34,522 nucleotides of DNA from an uncultured Clostridium sp. (GTDB lineage: Bacteria > Bacillota > Clostridia > Clostridiales > Clostridiaceae), in NCBI GenBank assembly GCA_964475185.1, contig CAYYVR010000008.1:1-34522 (forward strand), read 5' to 3'. The translations under genes were made by a program, and so were the position numbers. The notes beneath the pieces are model-generated. The model worked only from the letters and a program-made list of their open reading frames with translations. It made no database searches and was not told the DNA's origin. Positions within the stretch are counted from its first letter, which is position 1, and every line of letters starts with the position of its first letter. Of the stretch, positions 16,698 to 27,057 are shown in pieces.

Positions 16698-16706
16698 TGA
16701 TATAAT
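16698..16706 (+). promoter_or_regulatory. Extended -10 promoter of clpB
   Basis: TGATATAAT about 70 nt upstream of the start codon. Confidence 0.7.
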
Positions 16707-16773
16707 TAAGGTACAACAATTGATCAACTGACACATGGAGCGATCCATGTGATCTTTTCGTGAGGTGAAACAA

Positions 16774-19380
16774 ATGAATTACGAAAAATATACGAAAAAT
16801 ACCATCGGGGTGCTAAATTCGGCCCTGAACAGCTGTGTGGAAAACGGCAATTCCCAGATCGAAGACATCCATCTGCTCTGGGGACTGATCAAAGAGGAGG
16901 ACTCGCTGATCAACAATATTTTCCGCAAGGCCGGCATCGACACGGTCAGTTTCCGGCGGGATGTGAAAGCGATGATCGATCGCAAGCCCAAGGTCTCGGG
17001 AGGAAGTCAGCCGGGGATCTCCCAGGGATCCAACAAGATCATGCTGGAGGCGGAGGGCCATGCCCAGAAAATGGGGGACCAGTATGTCAGTGTCGAACAC
17101 ATCCTCATGGCACTGTTCTCCAGCTACGCTCAGGACGTCAAATCACTGTTTGCGAAATACGACATGGCCCTGGACAAGTTCATGATGCTGCTTCGCGAAG
17201 TTCGCGGCAGCCAGCGGGTGACCTCGGATGATCCGGAGGCGACCTATGAGGCATTGCAGCGTTTCTCCACGGATCTCACCGAGCTGGCCAGTCAGAACAA
17301 GCTGGACCCGGTCATCGGCCGGGACGATGAGATCCGCCACGCGATCCGGATCCTGTCCCGTAAAACCAAGAATAATCCGGTGCTCATCGGCGAGCCCGGC
17401 GTTGGAAAAACGGCGGTGGTGGAAGGCATGGCCCAGCGGATCATCAAGGGAGATGTGCCGGATACGTTAAAGAACGTCAGGATCTACTCTCTGAACATCG
17501 GCAATCTCCTGGCCGGATCCAAATACCGGGGAGAATTTGAAGAGCGGCTCAAAGCCATCCTGGATGAGATCAAACAGGCCCAGGGCAGCATCATTCTGTT
17601 CATTGATGAGATCCACAACATCGTCGGTGCCGGAAAGACCGAAGGATCCATGGATGCCGGCAATATGCTCAAACCCATGCTGGCCCGGGGCGAACTGCGC
17701 TGCATCGGCGCCACCACGCTGGATGAGTATCGGGAATACATTGAGAAGGATTCAGCGCTGGAACGTCGTTTTCAGCCCGTCATGATCGATGAACCCACGG
17801 TGGAGGAGACCATTGCGATCCTGCGCGGACTCAAAGAACGCTATGAGATCTATCATGGGGTGACCATCACCGACCTGGCCCTCATCGAGGCGGCCGTTCT
17901 TTCAAATCGCTACATCTCAGACCGGTTTCTCCCTGATAAAGCCATCGATCTGGTGGATGAAGCCTGTGCCCTGATCAAAACGGAACTGAACTCCATGCCC
18001 ACAGAGCTGGATACGATCCGCCGTGAGATCATGATTCTGGAGATCGAAGAGGCGTCCGTCCGCAAGGAAACGGATGAAGCCTCTAAAAAACGTCTGGAGG
18101 AGCTGCAGAAAGAAATTTCCGAGCAGAAAGATGAATTCAAACGGCTCAAGGCCAAATGGGACGAAGAAAAATCCTCCATCAGCCGAATCAATGAACTGAA
18201 AGAGGAAATCGAAGGGATCAATTTTGAGATCAGCGAAGCAGAGCGTCAGTACGATCTGAACAAAGCGGCTGAACTCAAATACGGACGGCTGCCCCAGGCC
18301 CAGAAAGATCTCGAGCAGGCGCAGCTGGAGGCTTCACGGAAAGAAGCGGCAACGCTCCTGCGTGAAAAGGTGACACCGGAAGAGATCGCAAAAATCGTCT
18401 CGCGCTGGACGGGCATCCCCGTATCCCGGATGCTGGAAGGGGAGCGTCAGAAGCTCCTGCAGCTGGAGCAGGTCCTGCATCAGCGGGTCATCGGCCAGGA
18501 TGAGGCCGTAGCGAAAGTCACGGAAGCCATCCTGCGTTCCCGGGCAGGGATCAAAGATCCCAAACGCCCCATCGGTTCCTTCCTGTTCCTGGGGCCCACC
18601 GGTGTGGGCAAGACCGAGCTGGCCAAGACGCTGGCCGAAGTCCTCTTTGACAGCGAAACCAATCTGATCCGCATCGATATGTCCGAATACATGGAAAAAC
18701 ATACGGTGGCCCGGCTCATTGGAGCCCCTCCCGGATACATCGGCTATGAAGAAGGCGGCCAGCTGAGCGAAGCCGTTCGGCGCAAGCCCTACTCAGTCAT
18801 CCTCTTCGATGAGATCGAGAAGGCGCACCGTGATGTGTTCAATATTCTTCTTCAGGTCCTGGATGACGGCCGGATCACGGATTCACACGGCCGAACGGTG
18901 GACTTCAAGAACACCGTCATCATCCTCACCTCCAACATCGGCTCTCAGTATCTCATCGAAGGAATGGATGCCATTGGCAATCTGGAACCCGAGGCCACCC
19001 GAAAGGTCATGGAAGAACTGCGCGCATCGTTCCGTCCGGAATTTTTAAACCGGCTGGATGAGATCGTGATGTACAAGCCGCTGACCATGCCGGAGATCAG
19101 CCAGATCATGGATCTGATGCTCCATGAGATCAGCCGCCGCGTCGAAGACAAGGGGATCACGCTGAAACTCTCACCGCAGGCCAGAGATCTCATCGTCCGC
19201 GAAGGCTACAATCCAATCTACGGGGCAAGACCTCTGCGCAGATATCTCCAGGGGACGCTGGAAACACTGCTGGCCCGGGGAATCATCGCCGGCGAAGTCG
19301 ACATGAACAAGGAAGTGACCTTTGTCGTCAAAGACGGAGCCCTGGATATGGAAGTCAGTGATCTGCATCCCCTGCAGTAG
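16774..19380 (+). CDS. clpB: ATP-dependent disaggregase ClpB
   Basis: Clp N domain, two AAA+ modules ([16 protein letters not shown]), [10 protein letters not shown] and GYIG pore loops, long coiled-coil M domain with AAELKYG; ATG 16774 follows GAGGTG. Confidence 0.96.
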   Translation: MNYEKYTKNTIGVLNSALNSCVENGNSQIEDIHLLWGLIKEEDSLINNIFRKAGIDTVSFRRDVKAMIDRKPKVSGGSQPGISQGSNKIMLEAEGHAQKMGDQYVSVEHILMALFSSYAQDVKSLFAKYDMALDKFMMLLREVRGSQRVTSDDPEATYEALQRFSTDLTELASQNKLDPVIGRDDEIRHAIRILSRKTKNNPVLIGEPGVGKTAVVEGMAQRIIKGDVPDTLKNVRIYSLNIGNLLAGSKYRGEFEERLKAILDEIKQAQGSIILFIDEIHNIVGAGKTEGSMDAGNMLKPMLARGELRCIGATTLDEYREYIEKDSALERRFQPVMIDEPTVEETIAILRGLKERYEIYHGVTITDLALIEAAVLSNRYISDRFLPDKAIDLVDEACALIKTELNSMPTELDTIRREIMILEIEEASVRKETDEASKKRLEELQKEISEQKDEFKRLKAKWDEEKSSISRINELKEEIEGINFEISEAERQYDLNKAAELKYGRLPQAQKDLEQAQLEASRKEAATLLREKVTPEEIAKIVSRWTGIPVSRMLEGERQKLLQLEQVLHQRVIGQDEAVAKVTEAILRSRAGIKDPKRPIGSFLFLGPTGVGKTELAKTLAEVLFDSETNLIRIDMSEYMEKHTVARLIGAPPGYIGYEEGGQLSEAVRRKPYSVILFDEIEKAHRDVFNILLQVLDDGRITDSHGRTVDFKNTVIILTSNIGSQYLIEGMDAIGNLEPEATRKVMEELRASFRPEFLNRLDEIVMYKPLTMPEISQIMDLMLHEISRRVEDKGITLKLSPQARDLIVREGYNPIYGARPLRRYLQGTLETLLARGIIAGEVDMNKEVTFVVKDGALDMEVSDLHPLQ

Positions 19381-19444
19381 GGACTCCAAAGGGGACACCC
19401 TGCTGCCTGTCACCCAGGGAAAATCCACCCCTGCAAACTGAATG

Positions 19445-19487
19445 AAAAGACAGGCCGCCTGCAGCTGCAGGCGGCCTGTCTTTTTTT
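19445..19487. terminator. Bidirectional terminator formed by a perfect 40-bp palindrome
   Basis: AAAAGACAGGCCGCCTGCAG|CTGCAGGCGGCCTGTCTTTT between the convergent clpB and DUF4349 genes. Confidence 0.88.
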
Positions 19488-19522
19488 GGGGGGATCAGGA
19501 GTCACAATCTCGAATGAGGATT

Positions 19523-20563
19523 TTATTTTTTCAGATCATCGGATGGGTCAGTTGGACCGGATGGGTCACTTGGTTGGGTAGGGTCAGACGGGCCGGTTGG
19601 GCCGGGATGTCTGAGCGAAGTGTTCGGATCCTGGCCGGCTGTCTTGCTGTAGCCTGCGGCCGTTGAACCGGGCCCTCTGCGCTTGCTCCAGTGATTGGGA
19701 TTTCGGCGGATCAGGAAGCGAAGGATCAGGGCGATGATGGCCAGGGGAATCAGGACAGGGAGAAGGAACAGGATGCCTGAAACGATATCCACTGCCGCAT
19801 CTGCCCAATACCGGAGGCCGCGGTTGAAATTACTGCGAAACTCGTCCCAGGGGGATTCAGGTTCCTGGGTAACGGCAAGGCCTGTTTCGTCGCTGACCTG
19901 GACACTGATCTTTGAAAAGTCAGTGGCGTTTTTCAATGCGTTGAGCTGGCCCTGATAGGATTCGATCTCCTGGCGGGTCTGCTGCAGACTGGATTCGATG
20001 GTCAGGATATCTTCGATCTCAGTTGCCTTTGCAAGGATGGCGGTGAGGGTGTCCTCTTTGGTTTTCAGCGTTTTGATCCGTGCTTCGGTGTCGATGAATT
20101 GTGTGGTGACGTCACTGACATCCAGTGTCACACTGGAGGTGGTCCCCAGCTTTCTGATCTGGGCGATGGCCTCATCAAAATGAGCCGTTGCCACCTTGAT
20201 GGTGATGGTGAGGTATCGCCGCTCCGTGGTCTGGGATTGCTGCATATGATAAACGTAGCCAGTGAAGCGTTTGGCAATGAGATCGATCTCGGTTTGGGCA
20301 GTATCGATATTTTTTGCCGTCATGGCGATGGTCGCCGATTTCACCAGTTTCTGTTCGTTATTCAGATTTGTTGTCTGATCACCGGGCTCCCAGTCCGGCG
20401 GCACGATCCCTGGTTTTTCGTCGCTGATGGGCGCCATATCGCCCCCGCTTTCAGTGGGACTGCCGACATCGTCATTCTGACGGCCGGTGAGGGAACTGCA
20501 TCCGGTCAAAAGCATAAAGGACAGGCTCAGAGCAGCTATGATCTTCTTTGTTTTCAGGTCCAT
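19523..20563 (-). CDS. DUF4349-domain lipoprotein
   Basis: Lipobox LLTGC, DVT.QFID.EARI.TL, IE..L...R.EIES..GQL, C-terminal TM segment and Pro/Ser/Asp repeat tail; AGGAGG SD. Confidence 0.85.
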   Translation of the reverse strand: MDLKTKKIIAALSLSFMLLTGCSSLTGRQNDDVGSPTESGGDMAPISDEKPGIVPPDWEPGDQTTNLNNEQKLVKSATIAMTAKNIDTAQTEIDLIAKRFTGYVYHMQQSQTTERRYLTITIKVATAHFDEAIAQIRKLGTTSSVTLDVSDVTTQFIDTEARIKTLKTKEDTLTAILAKATEIEDILTIESSLQQTRQEIESYQGQLNALKNATDFSKISVQVSDETGLAVTQEPESPWDEFRSNFNRGLRYWADAAVDIVSGILFLLPVLIPLAIIALILRFLIRRNPNHWSKRRGPGSTAAGYSKTAGQDPNTSLRHPGPTGPSDPTQPSDPSGPTDPSDDLKK

Positions 20564-20844
20564 AAAACAACCCTCCTGGTATCATCCTGGATGATAGAAT
20601 CATTATATAATTTCTGGATGACAATGATTTACAGAATTAAAACAGGCCGGTTTCATAATAAAAACAACCGCTGCCTTGGCCGGTGTCTTTCAGGGATTGG
20701 AATGGATTCCCTGAATCGACTGATTAAGCGGTTCGGGGCCAATGGGCTAAAGCCATGACTTCAGTTACGGTGTGCCGCTGAAGTCCGGGGCGTTGAGCCA
20801 TGCGGGAACCATGGCGGTGTTATATAATGATTAGAAGGATCATT

Positions 20845-20898
20845 ATAAGCAGTTAAAGCAGGTAAAGCAAATAAAGAAGATAAAGATATTAAAGAAGA
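20845..20898 (+). repeat. 9-nt-period TAAAGNNNN array in the nucleoside hydrolase leader
   Basis: TAAAG at 20854, 20863, 20872, 20881 and 20890, plus ATAAG at 20845. Confidence 0.75.
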
Positions 20899-20939
20899 CC
20901 GAGGCATGAATCCAAAGGGAATTTGGATAAGGAGTTTTT

Positions 20940-21875
20940 ATGGAGAGAAGAAAAATAATTTTAGACTGTGACCCGGGTCAGGATGATGCCGTGGCGATCA
21001 TGATGGCGGCAAAACACCCTGCCATCGATCTGTTGGGCATCACCATCGTGGCCGGGAATCAGACCCTTGAAAATACAGTACGCAACGGTCTGAACGTCCT
21101 TTCGCATCTGGACCTTGAGGTTCCTCTCTACGCCGGATGCAGTCAGCCCATGGTCCGCCGGCAGGTCACGGCGGGACACATCCATGGCGAGACGGGGCTG
21201 GATGGTCCGGTATTCGGACCGCTCACCCGGGCACCTGAACCGGGTCATGCGGTGGAGTTCATCATTGACACTCTGATGGCATCTGATGGCGGCATCACCC
21301 TGGTCCCCACCGGTCCGCTGACCAATATCGCCATGGCCATGAGACTGGAGCCGCAGATCGTGGAGAAAATCCGCGAAATTGTTCTGATGGGCGGATCCTG
21401 TCAGCTGGGCAATGTGACCCCGGCCGCCGAATTCAACATCTATGCGGATGCGGAAGCTGCCCATGTGGTCTTTCATTCGGACTGTCCCATCGTGATGATG
21501 GGGCTGGATGTGACCATGCAGGCGCTGTGCGATGGCAAGATCATCCGGCGCATGGAAAAGATCGGCAACCCGGCGTCGACACTGTTTGCCGATCTGATGC
21601 ACTTCTTCACCAGGACCCGGAAAGAAGTGTTCGGATGGGACGCCGGACCCCTGCACGATCCCGTCTGCATCGCCTACCTCATCGACCCATCCTGCTTCGA
21701 AGTCCGGGAGATGTTCACGGAGATCGAGATCCGAAGTGAAAGCTGTTACGGCAGGACGCTGTGCGACTATTACCATGTCACGGGCAATGAACCCAATGCC
21801 AGGGTTGCTCTGAAGCTGGATGCGGACCGTTTCTGGGATATCGTGGAAGAGTCGATCAGACGGTACAGCAATTAA
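20940..21875 (+). CDS. Nucleoside hydrolase (IU-NH / Rih family)
   Basis: DCDPGQDD Ca-binding motif, HGETG, TGPLTN, AEFNIY.D.EAA and LHDP motifs. Confidence 0.93.
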   Translation: MERRKIILDCDPGQDDAVAIMMAAKHPAIDLLGITIVAGNQTLENTVRNGLNVLSHLDLEVPLYAGCSQPMVRRQVTAGHIHGETGLDGPVFGPLTRAPEPGHAVEFIIDTLMASDGGITLVPTGPLTNIAMAMRLEPQIVEKIREIVLMGGSCQLGNVTPAAEFNIYADAEAAHVVFHSDCPIVMMGLDVTMQALCDGKIIRRMEKIGNPASTLFADLMHFFTRTRKEVFGWDAGPLHDPVCIAYLIDPSCFEVREMFTEIEIRSESCYGRTLCDYYHVTGNEPNARVALKLDADRFWDIVEESIRRYSN

Positions 21876-21890
21876 GGGGGGAGAGAACGG

Positions 21891-22796
21891 ATGAAGATTT
21901 TGAATTTCGGATCGCTCAACATTGATATCGTTTATGAAGTGGAGCATATGGTCCGCGCCGGGGAGACCATTTCTTCCCGGTCACGGTCGGTCTTTGCCGG
22001 CGGGAAGGGGCTGAATCAGTCCATTGCGCTGGCCCGGGCCGGAGCCAGGGTCCATCATGCCGGTGCAGTGGGCGCAAAAGACGGCCAGTTTCTTCTGGAT
22101 GTCCTCTCGAAAAATGAGATCAACACAGATGACATCGTGATCCTTGAGGACGAGGCCACTGGTCATGCCATTATTACAGTGGATCAAAGCGGACAGAACA
22201 GCATCATTCTGTACGGAGGCGCCAACCAGAACATCTCAAGGAGGCAGGTGGACAAGACCCTGGCAGGATTCGGGGTCGGGGATTTTCTGCTCCTTCAGAA
22301 TGAGATCAGTGAGCTGCCCTACATCGTGACCAGAGCTCATGACAGGGGAATGAAAATCATCCTGAATCCATCGCCCATCAGCCAAACCCTCCGTGAACTG
22401 GATCTGTCCATGATCACCTATCTGATCTTCAATGAAATCGAAGGGGCTGAACTCACCGGTCAGACACAGGCGCAGCAGATCCTTGATACGCTGCTGAAAG
22501 CTCATCCCCGGCTCAATCTGATCCTGACGCTGGGATCGAAGGGAGCCATCTACAGGGACCGGCATCAGGAGCTGCATCAGACCGCTTTCCCAGTCAAAGC
22601 CATCGATACCACAGCGGCGGGGGATACCTTCACCGGATACTTTTTTGCGGCCCTCAGCCGTGATCTTCCCGTACGCGAAGCGCTTCTGCTTGCCGCCGGT
22701 GCCTCAGCGCTGGCTGTGACCCGCAGCGGCGCGGAAGCATCGATCCCCGAACTGGAGGAAGTCCGGCGCGAGCTGACTGCCAAAGGGCTGCTCTGA
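21891..22796 (+). CDS. rbsK: Ribokinase (PfkB family)
   Basis: GSLNID, GGKGLNQ, QNE, NPSP, NE.E and DTTAAGDTF motifs; co-operonic with the nucleoside hydrolase. Confidence 0.9.
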   Translation: MKILNFGSLNIDIVYEVEHMVRAGETISSRSRSVFAGGKGLNQSIALARAGARVHHAGAVGAKDGQFLLDVLSKNEINTDDIVILEDEATGHAIITVDQSGQNSIILYGGANQNISRRQVDKTLAGFGVGDFLLLQNEISELPYIVTRAHDRGMKIILNPSPISQTLRELDLSMITYLIFNEIEGAELTGQTQAQQILDTLLKAHPRLNLILTLGSKGAIYRDRHQELHQTAFPVKAIDTTAAGDTFTGYFFAALSRDLPVREALLLAAGASALAVTRSGAEASIPELEEVRRELTAKGLL

Positions 22797-22969
22797 TCTG
22801 ATTCGGGCTGCCCTGTACAATGAAAAGCCACAAAGCCGGCAAAAGCGGCAGTCAGAGGAACTAAAAAACTTACTGATTTAAGCAGAAGTGCAGACGCAGA
22901 AGTGCAGACGCCGGAAGGCAACGGCAGAATTCAGCCGAAGTGCCAATAGCGGCTGAGAAAACAGCTCAA

Positions 22970-23005
22970 AAAGGATCCGCCCCGTTGGTTCGGGGCGGAT
23001 CCTTT
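22970..23005. terminator. Bidirectional terminator between rbsK and lplA
   Basis: AAAGGATCCGCCCCG/CGGGGCGGATCCTTT 15-bp inverted repeat. Confidence 0.82.
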
Positions 23006-23083
23006 GCTCTCTCGCAGGATCAGGTTCACAGGATCACGTGGTTCTCCGATCCTGAAGTTCAGTGAAATAGACCTGGGTTTGAC

Positions 23084-24070
23084 TTAATTGAGGAGGAAGT
23101 CGGCAAATTCTTCATTGCCCATCTGATTGAAGTAATCCTGGATATCAATGGTGCCGAGAGATTCCACCAGGGCGTCCTTTGTATATCGAACGCCCTTCAG
23201 GTGTTCTTCCAGGGTCGAAATATCTTGCCTGACAAAAAAGTCGCCGTACAGTTTGATGTTTTTAATGATGCCTTCTTTGACATCGATGCGCGCATCGACG
23301 ATGCCGAAGGGGAATTTATGAGCCTTGCTGATGTTGTAGGCGGGCGATTTGCCATAGTTCCATTCCCAGGTCATGAATTTTTCTCTGACCAGGCGGTCAT
23401 GGATGGCCTGCTCTTCCGGCGACAGCTGATATTCTTCCAGTTCGTAGATCTCGCCGATGGTCTCCAGCAGAAGGTCTTTGAATCGTTCAATGGTCAATGA
23501 CTGATCCTCGAGATAGTCAATGATATTGGTGACCCGTGAGCGAACCGACTTGACGCCTTTGCTCTGGATCTTCATTTCTTTGACTTTCAGGGCGTTGCCA
23601 AGTTCGGACATGTCCGAGTTAAACAGAATGGTGCCGTGCTGGAGCAGCATTCCGTTCCGGAAGAACTGAGCGTTGCCGGAAAACTTGCGGCCGTCGATGA
23701 GGATGTCGTTGCGGCCTGACAATTCTGCCTTGATGCCGAGTTTTTCCAGGGTTTTGATGACCGGCTGGGTCAGTACGTTAAAGTCGTTGACATTGTCCCG
23801 GGTGGCGCGGACGATGAAGGAAAAGTTCAGATTGCCGTGATCATGGTAAACCGCGCCGCCGCCGGACAGCCGGCGCTGGATGTGGATGCCTTTTTCTTTG
23901 CAGTAATCTTCATTGATCTCCTCGATGGTGTTCTGATGCTGGCCAATGATGATCGAAGGATCATGAATGTAGAACGTCAGGTAGTCATCGGAGGGAAGGT
24001 AGTTCATGATGAGATCTTCCATGGCCATGTTGTAGGCCGGGATCGAATAATCGGTTTTGATGTATTTCAT
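23084..24070 (-). CDS. lplA: Lipoate-protein ligase A
   Basis: RRLSGGGAVYHD.GNLNFS, GRND, KFSGNAQ, HGT, SKG.KSVRSRV, WEWNYG and GDFF motifs. Confidence 0.93.
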   Translation of the reverse strand: MKYIKTDYSIPAYNMAMEDLIMNYLPSDDYLTFYIHDPSIIIGQHQNTIEEINEDYCKEKGIHIQRRLSGGGAVYHDHGNLNFSFIVRATRDNVNDFNVLTQPVIKTLEKLGIKAELSGRNDILIDGRKFSGNAQFFRNGMLLQHGTILFNSDMSELGNALKVKEMKIQSKGVKSVRSRVTNIIDYLEDQSLTIERFKDLLLETIGEIYELEEYQLSPEEQAIHDRLVREKFMTWEWNYGKSPAYNISKAHKFPFGIVDARIDVKEGIIKNIKLYGDFFVRQDISTLEEHLKGVRYTKDALVESLGTIDIQDYFNQMGNEEFADFLLN

Positions 24071-24337
24071 AAGCGGTTCCTTTGGTTTAAATACTTACAT
24101 TTATTTTATCATATCATTAAAGCAGAGTTTTTTATTCCGGATTGCAGGATCGAACCCCTGATGTCTGACAGGAAACCCGCGGATTTTCCCCTGGCTATTG
24201 TTGGCTCTGTGAGCGGATCGCCGGAGATAACAACAAAACTTAAGATAAAATTAACATTTGTTAAAGGCACACAGGCCGAAAAGATGGTAGAATCATGAAG
24301 GCAGAAAAATAAAGAATAGATAGTGAGATTTTATATA

Positions 24338-25024
24338 ATGAAAGATACCAAAGAAATCATCCTGAAAAAATCGATCCTGACCATTATATCCACGGTGCTG
24401 ATCGCCATCGGGATCTGTTTGTTCCTGGAGAGCAGTCTGGGATCAGACCCGATCACGCTGTGGATCGATGGATTGAGACGCAGTCTGAATATGACCATGG
24501 GCAATGCATCGCTGCTCAACAACCTGGTGACGCTGGCCCTGGCCGTTTTATTTGCCAGAAAGTTCATCCACCTGGGCACGGTGATCAATGCGGTGGGGAT
24601 CGGCCTCCTGATGAATCTTTTTTCTCCCTGGATCCTGCAGATCGTCGGAGATGACCCGACGCTGGTGATGCGGGTGGCCATCATGCTCCTGGGCCAACTG
24701 ATCCTTACCTTCGGCGTGGCGCTGAATCTTTCAACCCGGTTCGGCTTTGGCACCACAGATGCTCTCCTGGTGAGACTGGCCGAAAGATTCCGGCTCAAGT
24801 ACCGGAATCTGAAAACACTGGCGGATCTGACTTATACAGTAGCCGGCATATTGCTGGGCGGTGTGTTCGGTGTCGGCTCCCTGGTGGCGGTCCTGAGCGG
24901 AGGCCCCCTCATCGCTTATTTCATGAAACACGGCGCTTCGCATCTTGTCGGGCTGTTCCGGCTCGATGGGCCCCGGCCAGCGGTACGGAAGCTTCGTCCC
25001 GAGCCCGTGGGCGCAGTCCAGTAG
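24338..25024 (+). CDS. YczE/YyaS/YitT-family membrane protein
   Basis: About six TM segments; LG.DP, IHLGT and LGG.FGVGSL motifs; start uncertain (GTG 24323 or ATG 24338). Confidence 0.8.
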   Translation: MKDTKEIILKKSILTIISTVLIAIGICLFLESSLGSDPITLWIDGLRRSLNMTMGNASLLNNLVTLALAVLFARKFIHLGTVINAVGIGLLMNLFSPWILQIVGDDPTLVMRVAIMLLGQLILTFGVALNLSTRFGFGTTDALLVRLAERFRLKYRNLKTLADLTYTVAGILLGGVFGVGSLVAVLSGGPLIAYFMKHGASHLVGLFRLDGPRPAVRKLRPEPVGAVQ

Positions 25025-25052
25025 GGTGCCGGATCAACCTGAATATATCCAG

Positions 25053-25107
25053 ACATACAAGCCCGTGAGGGGATCCGGTGATCTTCCGCGGGCTTGTATG
25101 TTTTTTT
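25053..25107 (+). terminator. Intrinsic terminator
   Basis: ACATACAAGCCC/GGGCTTGTATGT arms followed by a T-tract. Confidence 0.75.
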
Positions 25108-25234
25108 GCATGCCTTTTTTCGGGGCCCTGAAAGCCTGTCCCTGCGACCCTGCCTCTGGGAATTGCATTTTTGAAGCGTGCAAATAATGATAGAATAGGA
25201 ATCAGAAGAAAAATATCGTGTAAAGGGGAATTTC

Positions 25235-26362
25235 ATGATCACAAGTAAAATTGAACGTCTTAATGTGGAACCTTCAAAACTGGGGTTTGGGTGCATGCGC
25301 TTCCCAACGACTGAAGATGGCGCCATTGATGAGATGGAGGCACAGAAGCTGCTGGACCGGGCCATTGCCGGCGGGGTCACCTATATCGATACAGCCTGGC
25401 CCTACCATGGAGAGAAAAGTGAGGAGTTCGTCGGCCGCGCGCTGAAAAAATATGACCGGAACGATTATTATCTGGCAACCAAGCTGCCCATCTGGAAAGT
25501 GGAGAAACCGGAGGACGTGCGGTTCTATCTGGATGAACAGCTGAGGAGGCTCCAGACCGATCATATCGATTTTTACCTGATCCACGCTTTGAGCAAAGAA
25601 CGGTGGGATCTGGTCGGCGAACACCATGTCCTGGATGAGCTGATGAAACTGAAAAGCGAAGGCAAGATCCGCTTCCTGGGTTTTTCCTTCCATGATGAAT
25701 TCGAAGTATTTGAAGAGATCATCCGGTCTCATCCCTGGGATTTCTGCCAGATCCAGTTCAATTATGTGGACACCGGGCTTCAGGCCGGCCTGAAGGGATA
25801 CCATCTGGCGGAGTCCCTTGGCATTCCAGTAATCGTCATGGAACCGGTGAAGGGCGGATCCCTGGCCAGACTGCCGGCAGCCATGGAAGCCTTCTTCCGG
25901 ACGCTTCGGCCCTTTGACTCGGTGGCTTCCTGGGCGTTCCGGTTTGTGGGCTCCCATCCCAATGTCAAAGTCATTCTTTCCGGCATGTCCACCATGGACC
26001 AGGTGGAGGATAATCTGAACACCTTCAGCAATTTCCAGCCCCTGGATGAAGCGGAACAGACCGCTATCATCAATGTGACGCGGGAGTACAAAGCCAGGCT
26101 GAATAACCAGTGCACGGCCTGCGGCTACTGCATGCCCTGCCCCTTTGGGCTGAAGATTCCGTCAAATTTCAAGATCTGGAATACGGGCGCCGTCTATGAA
26201 GATTTTGAAGGCGCCAAAGCTAAATATTTTGAGCTGTCAGAAGACGAGCGGGCGTCTCACTGTCAGGCCTGCGGTGCCTGCGAGCCCCAGTGTCCCCAGG
26301 GGATCCCGATCATTGAAGATATGAAACGGGTCACAGCGCTCTTCGAGGGGAGCCAGTCATAG
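25235..26362 (+). CDS. Aldo/keto reductase with C-terminal 2x[4Fe-4S] domain
   Basis: LGFGCMR, YIDTAWPY, LATK, GFSFH and MEP..GG; CTACGYCMPCP and CQACGACEPQCP ferredoxin-type motifs. Confidence 0.92.
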   Translation: MITSKIERLNVEPSKLGFGCMRFPTTEDGAIDEMEAQKLLDRAIAGGVTYIDTAWPYHGEKSEEFVGRALKKYDRNDYYLATKLPIWKVEKPEDVRFYLDEQLRRLQTDHIDFYLIHALSKERWDLVGEHHVLDELMKLKSEGKIRFLGFSFHDEFEVFEEIIRSHPWDFCQIQFNYVDTGLQAGLKGYHLAESLGIPVIVMEPVKGGSLARLPAAMEAFFRTLRPFDSVASWAFRFVGSHPNVKVILSGMSTMDQVEDNLNTFSNFQPLDEAEQTAIINVTREYKARLNNQCTACGYCMPCPFGLKIPSNFKIWNTGAVYEDFEGAKAKYFELSEDERASHCQACGACEPQCPQGIPIIEDMKRVTALFEGSQS

Positions 26363-26563
26363 ATCGCTGGGATCAGGACTGAACGGTTTGCCTGAAGATC
26401 CGGGCTGGTAACTGCAAAAAAAGACAGCCAGAGAAACACAGGAAAGAGAATTCAAGAAAATCCAAGAGAATCGATAGAAATCCAAGAATCCAAAAGAGGA
26501 TCGATTACAAGAAACCTGAACATCAATTCCGAAAGAATCCAGGATCAATTCAAAAGGAACATC

Positions 26564-26603
26564 CAATAGAGAAAACCTGCCGGGCGGCAGGTTTTCTCTA
26601 TTG
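26564..26603. terminator. Inverted repeat/terminator overlapping the DUF1893 stop codon
   Basis: CAATAGAGAAAACCTGCC-GGGC-GGCAGGTTTTCTCTATTG, 18-bp perfect arms. Confidence 0.75.
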
Positions 26604-27044
26604 AGGCTGCTGCATCAGAAATGCAATGGCAGCTTCGATATTCTGTTCCCCAATCTGAGGATCTGACGTATCCAGGACAGATCGCTCAATGGGACACATT
26701 CCGGTACGAGTACGGTTTTCGATCATCGGGACCCGGGTTTTCCAGGTCAGCGGCAGATCGATCTGATGGCTGTACTGGATGGCAAATTCGCTGGTCAGCG
26801 GGGTGAAGATCTCATCCACGCCAATGAGTTCAGCCAGAATGAGGGCCCCCTTGCCAATGACCCGGTCGATGAGGATCAGATGGTCCCCTTCCTGTTTTTT
26901 GAATCCGGATTGGCGAAGGACCCGCAGGGGTTTGACACCAAAAGCATCCGATTCATAAATGATCGTTCCGTGGTTCATCAGGATACAGGTTTTTTTGCGT
27001 TCATCCAGCAGGGCGATGCGCTGCTCCAGGACAGAGTGTTCCAT
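26598..27044 (-). CDS. DUF1893 family protein (148 aa)
   Basis: GVKPL, D.VIGK.A and I.NR..TGMCP.E motifs; start moved to ATG 27044 (AGGAGA SD). Confidence 0.82.
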   Translation of the reverse strand: MEHSVLEQRIALLDERKKTCILMNHGTIIYESDAFGVKPLRVLRQSGFKKQEGDHLILIDRVIGKGALILAELIGVDEIFTPLTSEFAIQYSHQIDLPLTWKTRVPMIENRTRTGMCPIERSVLDTSDPQIGEQNIEAAIAFLMQQPQ

Positions 27045-27057
27045 AGATTCTATTCTC

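Noticed and set aside
16372-16773. CIRCE or CtsR operator for clpB
   Set aside because: Only a single GTCAAA half-site near 16594 and a partial TTAGCA; neither completes the consensus.
20564-20939. Purine riboswitch upstream of the nucleoside hydrolase
   Set aside because: The conserved core (AUAUGG...GUUUCUAC...CCGUAAA) is absent.
20961-21947. Long antisense ORFs (e.g. 20961-21947, 33027-33893, 25274-25957, 9996-10664, 14946-15611, 789-1421)
   Set aside because: They shadow well-supported genes on the opposite strand, show no recognisable motifs, and are expected from codon bias at this GC content.
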